The notes under the pieces are model-generated. The model ran no database searches. It was not told where the DNA came from and worked only from the letters and a program-made list of their open reading frames with translations. A stretch of DNA of 64,000 nucleotides from Octopus vulgaris. Taxonomy: Eukaryota. Shown here piece by piece: positions 52,258-64,000 of this stretch (positions are counted from its first letter, which is position 1; every line of letters begins with the position of its first letter). A program made the translations under genes and the position numbers. The stretch spans positions 51,150,001 to 51,214,000 of the forward strand of contig OX597814.1 in NCBI GenBank assembly GCA_951406725.2, given 5' to 3'.

Positions 52258-52928
52258 CTGATGATAATAAAAATAAAAATAAACATAGCAAAATCATCTA
52301 TACTTGCGTGTACACACACACACACACACGAGTGAAGTAACAAAAGTTGTACTCAGCACCTTTGACTGGAGTAACATTTATTTAATAACAGTTTGACTCA
52401 GCTCCTTATTACTATGTTCCTTACAGATTCATGGGCACACAGGATTCATCCATTGCATCATCTGATGGTATGTATGTATGTGTGTGTGTGTGTGAGTGTG
52501 CACACGTGTGCGCATATGCAAACTGTGTATATGTGAGCATATATATATTCATATAGAAGCATGAGTGCATGTGTGGATACATATATAGAAAACCATGTAT
52601 GCATATGTATGTTTTTTTTTAGATATACAGGTAAATGTACGTGAATGTTATATGTGTGTGTAAATGCATTGTACTTATACTTGTCTGTATGCCTCAGTTG
52701 AATAAATCTTCATTATATGTTACCTGTTAATAAGTCAGGAGATGTGCATAAGCATGCATATGTATACAGATCCATATATGTGTGTGTATGTATATATAAA
52801 GACATACATTATATATACAGGGTCATTAGAGCAAAGAAACAGGCCGGTGGCACATAAAAAGTACGCACTACACTATCAGAGTGGTTGGCATGAGGAAGGG
52901 CATTGAACTGTAATGGATATAAATCAAA

Positions 52929-52990
52929 TTAATATCCATTTGTTTGTTTTATATATATATATATATATAAAACAAACAAATGGATATTAA
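52929..52990. repeat. Perfect 62-bp palindrome centred on (TA)n
   Basis: TTAATATCCATTTGTTTGTTTTATATATATA followed by its exact reverse complement. Confidence 0.95.
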
Positions 52991-53149
52991 ATTTTGCAAT
53001 AGTTGTTTCTTTACATAAGGACTCCTTATTTATGTAAGCATAATAAATATTTTGGGTTACATCATACATTATGCATTATTTAAAGCACAGTTGAACAGAG
53101 AATTGTTGAGTAATCTATTGATTACCAGCAAGTGAAGTTATATTAAAAA

Positions 53150-53890
53150 TTTTTTTTTCTTTTTCTTTATGCCTTTAACCCTCCAACGCGGAGTATAGGC
53201 CACTTATAGTTGAATTTCATGTCGCATAATTTTTGGCTTCTGTACTTATACTCTGCCATGAATGCCCCCCTTTCTCTAGTTGCTTTTGTGTTGATCTCCG
53301 CTACGAGTTGTTAGGCCTACCTCTCCTTCTATATCCATCCAGTTTCCACTGTAAAGCACTTTTCGCTACATTTGGTGTGTCTTTTCTAATTGTGCTACCA
53401 ATCCACTTCCACTTTTTCTTAAATATTTGCTCCCTAATCGAAACTTCATTTGTTCTTTGCCATATCTCCATATTGCTTATGTGTTCAGGCCATCTAATTT
53501 TAAGTATACTACACAAGCATCTGTTGATGAATGATTGTATTTGCTTATTTGACTTAACTGTTGTTCGCCACGTCTCAGCCCCATACAATAACACCACTTT
53601 TACATTAGTGTTAAAAATTCTTATTTTGTTCTTTATTGAAATTACACTTGCGCTCCATAATTTCTTTAACAGGTGAAAAGTGGTCCTTGCCTTACTTATT
53701 CTCCTCTTAATATCTTTGTCGGTGCTGCCTGAAAACATTATCTTACTACCTAAATACGTAAACTCGGCTACATCCTCTAGTTCACTGGTTTCTAGTTTAA
53801 TACATTCGCTGTTTTCTTCATTAATGCGCATAATTTTTTATTTGTCGTGGTTGACTTTCAATCCTAGTTTGGCAGCTATTGCTTCTAATA
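53150..53890 (-). mobile_element. RTE-clade LINE 3' fragment (second family)
   Basis: ELEDVAEFTYLGS..IKRRISKAR..VLLYGAETW..LKIRWPEHISN..RRRGRP; 3' CTCC/GGAG hairpin and A-rich tail. Confidence 0.88.
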
Positions 53891-54100
53891 TTCAAAATTA
53901 CCAATATAAAAGAATAAAGTGGGCATGCTAAAAAAGTGACAATCAAAATTAGTACAGAACAAAGAAAAGGGAAAAATAATTTACGATTATAGACCTTAAG
54001 ATAAAAGGGAACAACAGTAAATTTTTTACACTTAATCGAGACACATCAACATGTAGTAAGCCTTTATTCTTTATGAATCCTATATAGCAATATATATATA

Positions 54101-54407
54101 CTAGCAGTATCGCCCAGCGTTGCTCGGGTTTGTAAGGGAAATAACTATATAAGCATTTTTAGAGAGTTACTTCCCTTATATAACCCGAGCAAAAATCATT
54201 AAAAATGCAGAAAAATAATGGTAAATAATTTTTAAAATCGTAGACTCATCATAGACACGCGCTAATACCCAGAAGGGTTCGATATGAATGACGACTATAA
54301 GATACCCGCTTTTGGTTAAACTGCACCGCAAAATGTGGGAGTAGTTAGGAATCTAAATTGGAGGAGACAGAGTCTCACACACACAACTTTAATTTTATAT
54401 ATAAAGA
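54101..54407 (-). mobile_element. Non-autonomous Helitron (same family)
   Basis: Minus strand A|TCTTTATATATAAAA...CCCGAGCAACGCTGGGCGATACTGCTAG|T. Confidence 0.9.
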
Positions 54408-54547
54408 TATAAATTCCTATCTGCAATGTTTTATTGATATTGTTAACAACTAACAATAGACAAATACAAATGTTAGATAACATCTACATTTAGAGGATTA
54501 GTTAACCATAAATCAAATTTCTGAAAAAGGAACAGATGTTAACTTAC

Positions 54548-54655
54548 AGTGAGAATTGCTTGTTCCATTTCAGATGGATGAAGGAGGTGGCCATATGGAT
54601 GTTTTCCACCAGACAGGAGGGCGTATAACAAAATACCATATGAAAATATGTCAGC
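54548..54655 (-). CDS. LRRK2: LRRK2-like kinase exon (subdomain IX)
   Basis: CAG/GTAAGT; ADIFSYGILLYALLSGGKHPYGHLLHPSEMEQAILT. Confidence 0.92.
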
Positions 54656-55792
54656 CTGAAATAAAGTTTGTATGCAAAGATAAGTAAAGTATATCATCTA
54701 GAATACAGTTCAACAGGTAGAACAGGTAGAAAACTTTGAAATTTAGACATTGGGTAACATGAAGTCCATAATAAGGAACAGAATGTGGATCCGATCACAA
54801 GGTTGCTTAAGGCAATTGGAAATTCTGGTCTGAAACTGGGTACCAAAATAGTTTACAATGGATTCCTCCAGATCTAATGGAAGAGTTCAGTACAACAATG
54901 TAAGTTAATAAAATACAAATTGACTATACAGTGCTGAAGGCATGTGGCCAAGTGGTTAAAGTGTTGCACTCATGATTGCCAGATCATGGTTTCAATTCTC
55001 TGACTGGGCAGTGTGTTGTGTTCTTGAACAAAATACTTCACCTCATGTTGTTCCATTCTACTTCACTGTAAATGAGCAATCTTGTAATAGACTGTTCAGG
55101 GGGAATGTTGTGATCTCAGTCACTTATATGCCATGGAAACCAAGTAATCAGACTATGAATCCTAAGACTTGAGACAGTAATATCCGTTGTCAAATAACAC
55201 AATGTTCTTGATGTGTTTTAGCAATGGCCTGTACCAACATATGTTACTATTTACATTTTGGAGTAATAATCTAATAACTCAATGTCTTGGCTATGTACAC
55301 AGTGTAGTGTCAGTGAAAGAATATTAAACCAGCAAGCAAGTTAGCCAACACCTTGCTATATTGGTCACTTGTGATTTTATAGATACTAATAGGATATTAA
55401 TAAAACATTGATTTATTACACTGGCATAAAGTTACACATTTGCAAGGACAGGTTATGATAGATATAATTGCACTCAATACATCACTATTACATATTTTAT
55501 CAGTACCAGAGCAATTACATGTAAAATTATCAAGTCCTGTGTATTTAAACTAAGAATACAGGAGATAGTAATAAATACTGAAATGGTGAAATCCAGAATC
55601 TAAGAACACAGAAGGACAAAGGTAAGGTCTATGCTGTCCATTACTTGATCACACTGTCACAGGAATTTAGTCCAAAATGTCAAATTTTCCCCCAAAACTC
55701 CCTTGGGTTCTAAATTTTAAAAAGAACTTTTAATTTTATTCTCTACCATTTCTACAAAACCATTCAAATGAAATATTTATAAAAAGCCTTAC

Positions 55793-55918
55793 CTGGAAGG
55801 AGTAGTTTTCCTTTTTGATTACTTCTGGTGCTTGATAACCAGGTGTGCCTTCATTTGCTGTAAGACCATAGAATGTACTCAACTGGGAAATACCGTAATC
55901 GGAGATTTTGACATTAAT
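55793..55918 (-). CDS. LRRK2: LRRK2-like kinase exon (DYG, activation loop, APE)
   Basis: CAG/GTAAGG; INVKISDYGISQLSTFYGLTANEGTPGYQAPEVIKKENYSFQ. DYG in place of DFG is the LRRK hallmark. Confidence 0.93.
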
Positions 55919-56169
55919 CTGAAGGTAAATAGAAAATATAAGTTTACATTAAATGATTCAGATATTTAGTATTAATAAAACCATTTAAGCCATACAAATG
56001 AATACAAATATTATAAGGAAAATAGAGAATCCAACCAGAAATTACAAAAAAAAAAAAAAAAATTTTTTAATCATGGTCAAGGTGTTTACTTTGCAACAGT
56101 GTAGGTTTTGGTTCAATCCCATTGCATAGAACCTTCTCCCATGGCCTCACAATCAACCTCAAGAGAGTA

Positions 56170-57240
56170 CTATGATATGATACTAAAAACTGAACCAAAT
56201 GTTGCTAACAGATTTAAAGTTATTAACACTCTAGCAATACTTATATTCATATTGCTTTAATATTATTAACTGAACACTAAGACAAGAAAGATACTGACAG
56301 ACTGTACTTACCAAGTGTTTTAGGATGATGAGACCTAATTCATCTCAAATTTACCTTAAAGACTACAACCACAGTGCTGGACACGCCTGACAAAAACAGA
56401 AGATAGAAAACCCACTCCCTCCAAATCCTAAAACATGAGATTTACTCTATCAAGAAAAAGTAGTACAGTCCAATAAAGAGTTTAATATTCCTGAAGCTCC
56501 ACTAAAAGAGAACGAAGTAACATGAATGAAGCAGAAAGCCAAACACAAAGGTCAGTTTCAACTGCAGAAAATCTGCAGAGACAAGAGAATGCACAGGAAA
56601 TACCCAAAATAGATGCAGGATTCAGACACACACCAACTGAAGATACACCAGTGGTTTAAAAGCACCAGACTGAAAGCAGAAACAGAAAGTCTGATAATCA
56701 CTGCACAAGATCAGTATCTTACAACCAGATTTTATCACCATTGCATCATCAATGATGGAACAGATCCACAGAGCAGGATCTGTAGAAAATATGAAGAAAA
56801 TATCAATTGTATTGTCTCTGGATGGTTAGAAATAGTGAAGAATGGATACAACCACAAACATAACAAGGCAGCAGCATATCTGTACAGGAAAATATGCAGG
56901 AGTCACAAGATCAAGACAACTAAGAAGTGGTAGAATCAGCAACCAAACATAGTCACTAAGAACAATGATTTCATCATCCTCTGGAACATGCTCATTCATA
57001 GTGGCAAAGAGATAAAAGCTAACAAACCTGACATTGTTGTCAGGGACAAAAGGATGGGAGGTGTATAGTTATCAACATTGTAATACCTCATGAAAGAAAT
57101 ATATGAGTGAAAGTCACAGAAAAGTTCATTGAGTACAAAGCTCTGGAGAGCAAAATGAAGAGGACATGGTGGAATATCAAGACTGAAATAATTCCAGGGC
57201 TCTATGACTCATGAAGAAAAGAATGGAAAAGTTCACCAAC
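56170..57240 (+). mobile_element. R4/Dong-like (restriction-like endonuclease) LINE relic
   Basis: LKAETESLIITAQDQYLTT, degenerate CCHC (..RIC..E.I.CIVSG..Y..KHNK), LWN and ANKPDIVV RLE motifs; frame-broken. Confidence 0.75.
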
Positions 57241-57935
57241 CATATTCCATGCAACTACTGAGAGAGCTGTCAATCATGTGAAGTCTTACCCATTGTTTGG
57301 GCCTAGCACAAGATATAAAACAAGAAGCACAAAATAACAACAAAAATGATGATGGTAGTATGAAAACATCACCATATGGTATTTTTATAACTAGCAGAAC
57401 TATTAACTTCATGATACTACAAAAACCATGACTCCTTGGTACAAGATAAGCACTGAATATCTGAAGAAACAAGTAGTGGCTTGATGTCCAACAGACAAAA
57501 ACAGTAGAATTAATTACTAACACAACTGCAGTGCAAATCATTATCATAATTTTAAGTCTGCTTTCCATGCTGACATGGGTGGGACAGGTTGTCATGGTCT
57601 GAGTCCTTTCTTGTCTGAGTCTGAGTTTGAGTCATGGTCTGAGTCCTTCTCATCGACTAGTGCTTATTCTAGGGCTGGATGTCCTTTATGTAGTCAACCA
57701 TGCTAAAAGGTGTACTAGGTTCATTTTCTTATGGTACCAGTACTACAATAGGTACATGGTCATACAGTTTTGAGGAAGTTATATTCTATTCTAGCAACTC
57801 AAGTAGTTGACACATTTTTATCTTAACAACCAGAGAAGGATGAAAGGAAAATCTTGAATTTAATCTTAGAAAGTGATGGTAACAGTATGACCAGAGCACA
57901 CTGATTAGGACCAATAATAAAGTAAATAAACTTAC

Positions 57936-58034
57936 CAGACATGTCGTTGATAGACTGAATACAAGTACATTGGCTGGTTTAAGGTCTCGGTATATTATTT
58001 GTAGACCATGCAAATACATGAGGCCCTCAGCAAT
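57936..58034 (-). CDS. LRRK2: LRRK2-like kinase exon (catalytic loop)
   Basis: CAG/GTAAGT; IAEGLMYLHGLQIIYRDLKPANVLVFSLSTTCL. Confidence 0.93.
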
Positions 58035-58057
58035 CTGAATTTAGAAAAATCACAAGC

Positions 58058-58110
<53 letters not shown>

Positions 58111-58587
58111 CACACACACACATATATATAACATCATTGTCACTTAATGTTAATGTTTGTTTTCATGCTGGCATGGGTTGTGTGTATGCGTGTGTGCAGG
58201 GTAAATAGACAGATGGATATGGATATATATATAAGCTATGGAGTAATTGTTACTGATACAGATAATTAACAGTCTCTTTGAACTCTAAAATTTAGCATGG
58301 TTTATAACATAGATTTGTTAGGACAAAGTCAATGTGAGATAGTAGTGAAAGATGTAGCAAAAAGAGAAGGAATCAAAGAAAGAAAAAGAGAGTCAGAAAA
58401 TGATAAAAGGAGAAGGAGAAGAGAAAGGAGAAGAGAAAGGAGAAGAGAAAGGAGAAGAGAAAGGAGAATGTGAAGTATTAAAAAGAAGAGAGGAGAAAAT
58501 AGCAAGGAAGAGGAGAAAAATGTGGTAAGAATTACAGAAATGGTGATTGCAATGATGAAGATGAGAAATGCTAAAGAATTTTCTTAC

Positions 58588-58755
58588 CTGCAAAGCTATT
58601 CTATGGGCGAGTGTGACACTGACGATTTTTTTTGATGCCAATGCATGCCCCAAAGAGCCATGAGTTGCAAGTTCCATGACCATCATACGTGGCTTGAGTC
58701 CAACAGCAAGCAAACATACAACACTGGGATGTTTTAGTCTGCGTAGTATGGTTGT
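58588..58755 (-). CDS. LRRK2: LRRK2-like kinase exon (subdomains IV-VIa); upstream exons not found in window
   Basis: TAG/GTAAGA; TTILRRLKHPSVVCLLAVGLKPRMMVMELATHGSLGHALASKKIVSVTLAHRIALQ. Confidence 0.92.
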
Positions 58756-61190
58756 CTAAATAACGGAAATGTTTATAATGATAAGGAAAGCTTCAGTATG
58801 ATTATGCAATTACATATAGATATGCATACACACAAATATGTGTGAGTGTGTGTGTAAGCACTTAATTGGAAAGATATCAATGTGGGCAAATAGGAAAAAA
58901 TGAGTACTCAATCATGAAAGTAGACTGTCAAAATATATGATATATTTATTCAGTTGAATTTTAAAATTTTATAGTTCTCAAATAAAATCTGAGAAATGAA
59001 AAAAAAGAAACATTAAAAATCATATGCATGCATCTATGCACACACACACACATATGCACACACACACACACATATACACATGCCTACCCCCCTATTAATT
59101 GGTTGTTTTTTGAAATAACAAAACTATGGGACAGACTAAATGCAGACATATCAAGAAAGGAAATTAGATACACTCTTAATCTTCTCTTGTTTTTCTGTTC
59201 ACTTGGACTCTCAAAACACCTATTCATCATTTATGTAAAATCCTTGTACTCTGTCATCCTTCTCAATGACAAGTCCTTAGCCCTTAAACATTACTTTGAT
59301 CACCAGTGTTCACTTATACCCAGCACTAACATGTTCAGCTGAATTTGACCTCATCCTTGACACATGTGTTAAGGTCATCACTTCAGATTTTCTATAGAAA
59401 TTATAGCCAGCACTGATTTTGCTATGACATTTTGTATCCAAGACATCAGATGTAAACATACAATGAGATGAAAGATGAAAAAATGGGTAATGGGCATATA
59501 TGCCATGCTTTGGGAGTTTTTGCTCTTTCATCAGCACCCATCCAACCCATTAATCATCAATTCATTACTTAAATAGCCAGCTGTGTAATGTTATTGGACA
59601 TACCAGTTTAAGATGTCATTTAACACGTGATTAAAGTGCACTGCTAACACAGTAGTACACAATACTGACTAATAAAAGCATTTAATATACTTTGCTGCAT
59701 ATTATAGTTGTACAACAAAATACCATGTGCCTACAAGTCATTAATATTTACAATCCAGCTTCTAGGAATGCGTTTAATATGTATTTGGGTGGATGTTATG
59801 AAAGTTTTGGAACAAAATAATCATTTGACATTCACTTGAAAATTTTCAGCAATTAAACTGCAACTGGGATCTTTACAGTTTGGCTTCCACTTTTCAATTT
59901 CTTCAATTTTTGTTCCAATTGATTTCATAGTTGGTGAATTGGTGGAGTTTTGTAAGCTCATTATTGACATGAAATTCATTTTTGTCATAAATCAATAAAT
60001 AAAGAATTAATAGCTTTTAAAGCTTGCAAATTTTGGGTAATTTTAGCCAGTCAAAAAAGCCAGACATACAGGTGTCTGTTTCCACAGTAACAGGCCAAGC
60101 TGTTAACAAGCTGCTTATCTATGTGGCCATTCTTCACTTATTAAATGCTTAATACACATGAGGTATGAGGTAGTCATTTAAAAAAATAGCTAAATAGCTA
60201 ATTTTTTTTTTGTATTATTGCGTGAATTCTTGTGTGTACAAATTTGCAAGAATTTTCTGAAAATTCTAAAAATGAAAAGAGTTATGAGGGATTATATGGC
60301 ATACATAAAGTAGAATTTTGACAATAATTCATTTGTTTACAGTTGACAACACATGCAGTCACATACAAAATGACAGCTTCGAAATCCTGTTTACTGACTG
60401 GGTAAAAATTATCAAACCTGTAACTTTTTTTAAAACTTTTCCCAGAAAAAGTGAATTAGCCCCTGAGATTCAGCATGAAAATTACATCAATATACCAAAT
60501 TTTAAAATTTTCACTGAACTTTAAAACTTCCACAGGCATAGCCAAACAGAAGAGATCCTTCTGTTGTGCAAACCAGCAATGCACTCCAAATAGTTTAGGA
60601 GTAGCATTTCTTTTTCAACTGTTTTGACCACATTTTGATAGGATGGACTGAACCATTTGTTAAAGCTGTATATACAGCACCAACAGAAAAAGTTACTACA
60701 CCTTGGATAAATAAGATAACTGCACATACAGCTACTGGACACAACAAACAGGCTGAAACAGCCTTAAATTCGCATGTGACTTTCACTTTTCACAGCTATT
60801 GTTATGACAGTCATATGACATATCTGCTGGTCTAAACCTTTGATGTGACCTTCCCATGGGGTTGTCACATGACCTTAATACATGAAAAACTAACTGGAAA
60901 TTCCCTTACCTCAACACATGACCAACCTCAACCAATCAACCTCTACATTAACTGATAGCAATCTGAGTCACACTCTCTCTAAAAAACAAAGGATTTTTAG
61001 AACAATAGCCAAAAACAATACAGTTTGTGACACAGTTCCATGTTCCTTGGAATGCACACTTTTGAAAATCATACAAATGTGAAATCAGTTAAGTACATAT
61101 ATTTTTTTAAAACTTTAATTAATCTTCATATATTCTCTGTCAATTTTCCACTTCATTCATTTCTTCTATACTGCTTCTTGTATGAGTAAG

Positions 61191-61240
<50 letters not shown>

Positions 61241-61345
61241 ATAGTAAATCCAAAACAAACAAAGAACAAACACAAAAAAACAACAATGCAAAGACGTGGC
61301 ACATGTAAAATATTAGCAGATGCTCAAGGAAGGAAAGAAAGGTGG

Positions 61346-61379
61346 TTTTACATTTTAAGCAAAGCTCTTCTTCAGAAAC
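61346..61379 (-). ncRNA. Decayed minimal hammerhead-like motif
   Basis: GUUU-CUGAAGA-A-GAGC-UUU-GCUU-(A)AAA-U-GUA-AAAC; differs from a canonical core by transition-type changes. Confidence 0.4.
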
Positions 61380-64000
61380 AGGAGACAGAGGAAAGTCCAA
61401 TAGAAAAGACAAATAGAAGAAAAAAATCACCGACAATTCACATGTGATTACATTTTGAAATATATTCACATACACACACACAAGCACATACATACACATG
61501 CACACACGAATATGTGCATATGCAGTAGGAATATTTGGCAGAGTTCCAAGGAGACAGGTATTGAACTCAGATTGCTATGTCTCAATGATATTAGAGGACA
61601 AGTAAAATCACTGTATCGACTCAATGCAATTTGTTCAATTATTGATGACATCAGCAAAATACTGACCACTCAAATCTCTTGTAGTACAAGATAGCATTAA
61701 GAATTCATTTTGTGTGCTTTTTTTTCCCTGACAGCAACATTACATATAAATAGAATTGTCTGTCCATTAGCTGCTAGTGGTGGCATACACCTAAAGCTTG
61801 TCAGTTACTAATACAGACATCACTCACAACTACTGGGCTTTTCTCAATATGAAAAAACCTCACAAACTGTTCAATTATTTAACTGGTGCAAACATATCTT
61901 ATCTGTTGGTTCTAATGACAATCTATTGTTTTATTTAACAATAAATATTTTTGCGTTCAGAATTTCACATGAACTTCTTGTTTTTGTATCTATCTCCCAT
62001 CAATTCAACTAAATCATTATACTGGTGACAACCAAAAACCAGAAATAATCAGATTGTTAGACATATGTATACTACATGCTCACCAATTCACACAAACATA
62101 CATCTTAATATGTTTGAAATGCATATAGGTAAAAGTACATGTAAACATGCATATGTACACATGGATACAAATGACTATTTACAGGTAAAAATGTTCAGGT
62201 CCTAAAATATGTGAAAAAACTGGTATATACAACTTAGAGCATGTAGAGTTTGATACAGCCAGGTGGGTGGGGGTGAGAGGAAAGCCTTGAGTTAAAAAAT
62301 TTGTAAGAAAATTATTTAAAACAAACATATCTAAAACATAACTGTTTAAAAGAGGTTATCACAAGTAAAAACATAATTTCATCATGGCAAAAGTAATACA
62401 AGGGAAACAACTAATATAAGTCGTTTTTGGATTTGGTTTGCAAGATTCTTTATATGAGTTCATGTGTTGAAGCATATTCTGTTGTGTCTGGGGAGAGTCA
62501 TTTTCTTTTTGTGCCTTATAACGAAAATTTTAGGAAAATAAAACTAAGAAATAAGTGGAAATGTTACCGGTGAGTGTGTTACATTATATGGCACAAAAAG
62601 AAAATGATTCTCCTCAGACACAACAGAACTAATATAAGATTTAAAGGAAATGAACAGGATGAAAAACATTTTACAGAACAAGCAGCTAAAATTTAAAAAA
62701 AACAAAAAAACAGAACAGCAACAGTAGAATTCCAACAGAATATGGGGGGAAAATGGGAAAATTATCAAGAAGAAAGAAGAAATTAAGCTTGAGGATTGAA
62801 AAAGAGTAAAGTCAGGATGAAGATTTCAGGATAAATAGTTAAAAAAAAAAAGGATCAAAATGCTAGTAGCTTTAAGATTCAATACATTTCAGTGTTTCAG
62901 TTCAAAAAGGTTCAGAGTACATCACCTATTAGGCAGTTAAAGGTTAGAAAGCAAGAATCTCAATGTGCATCTGTAAAAGTTCAGTTATTCCAATTTCTGC
63001 TTCAAAGTAAACCCATTCTGAAAAAGAATGAAGAATTTCTCACACAAATATAATGGACATCTCACCAGTATGGTAAGAGCCATGATTGTAGGAACTTGAA
63101 GCTCTAAAATAGACCAGAGTATCTTGAAGGGAGTTGAGCTGATTTGTATAAAAGCCCTAGATATATTTGACTAGATACATGAGTAACCTTATAGCCAGAT
63201 ACTTAAAATAAGTTTTGTACATAGTTAACATTTTCTGTCATGAGGCTGACACCAATTGATACTTTTATGCTGTATATTATCTTTTTAGCCAAATAATTAC
63301 CATTTAAAGGTAGTTGCTGTGTTCTATACCATTTCAAGTAGGTGACTGCATATTATTACTGACATCAGAGAGCTTTTTAGTATTAAATTAGTTAATGTAA
63401 GAAAAAAACTTTTACGGCAAGAATAGCTAACTTTCAATTTGAAGACCCTACGCTATCCTCTGAGGAAATGCCAAGTTGCTGAGTTTAGGAATTCTTTAGC
63501 TAAGTTAGTCTTTACTTTAAGGCTGAAAGTTGGATTAAACTATTGACATTTCCAAGTTTGAGTCCTATTTCTAAATTTATTGGGGCTAGCTATATAACAA
63601 GATATACTGTCTTATATTGAAAAGTAAGTATCCAAGAATGCTAAGTAGATGTTTAGAGTATTTGCTAATGTAGAATAATTTCCACTGCTTAAATATTTTA
63701 CCAGAAGAAATTATTCTTCATTTGCAACCTTGTAAAGAGTCAACTATCTACCTATACCTTGTGTCACTCTCTAAGATAGTTAATTCATTGGTAAAGACTA
63801 AATCTACTAATCTTTAAGTTTAAAATAAAATCTACAAAATTTACTTTATTAAGATTAGTTCCATCACAATATCTAAGATTAGTTCTACTACAATATTCTT
63901 CATGCCACTAAAGGACCTAATTATATCTTGCTTCCATTCTGGGAAACAAGCAATCTGTCATCATCCCTGTAAATGTCGCCTCTGAAATTAAGAAATTCCT

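Noticed and set aside
59560-60900. Possible old DNA-transposon remnant
   Set aside because: No TIR, TSD or protein motif could be established by eye.
63066-63103. Candidate upstream LRRK exons near 63066-63103 and 63900-63981
   Set aside because: Splice-like signals exist, but translations lack the expected VAVK/RQE kinase motifs.

Overview
AT-rich, repeat-dense animal genomic DNA; the SINE/LINE families look like Octopus (cephalopod), which is recognition-based inference. Two intron-rich host genes converge on a 100-N gap (43137-43236). On + is the 5' part of an RNFT1/RNFT2-like RING-finger/transmembrane gene (3 coding exons plus a probable non-coding first exon). On - is the kinase-to-WD40 part of an LRRK2-like ROCO kinase (10 exons, phases all compatible). 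Neither 3' end was found. The introns hold a full-length but disabled Helitron with non-autonomous derivatives, relics of CR1, L2/Crack-like, RTE, L1/Tx1, R4-like, maT-mariner and hAT elements, several tRNA-derived SINEs and MITE/foldback elements. The most unusual signal is a set of short non-coding repeats carrying minimal type-I hammerhead ribozyme (HHR) motifs. One is a diverged ~340-360-bp retrozyme/Penelope-pLTR-like family with 3 copies; one copy has a well-folding HHR with the compensatory U3-A8 core pair. Another is a tRNA-headed SINE with an HHR core, an inverted 3' tail and a 13-bp TSD.
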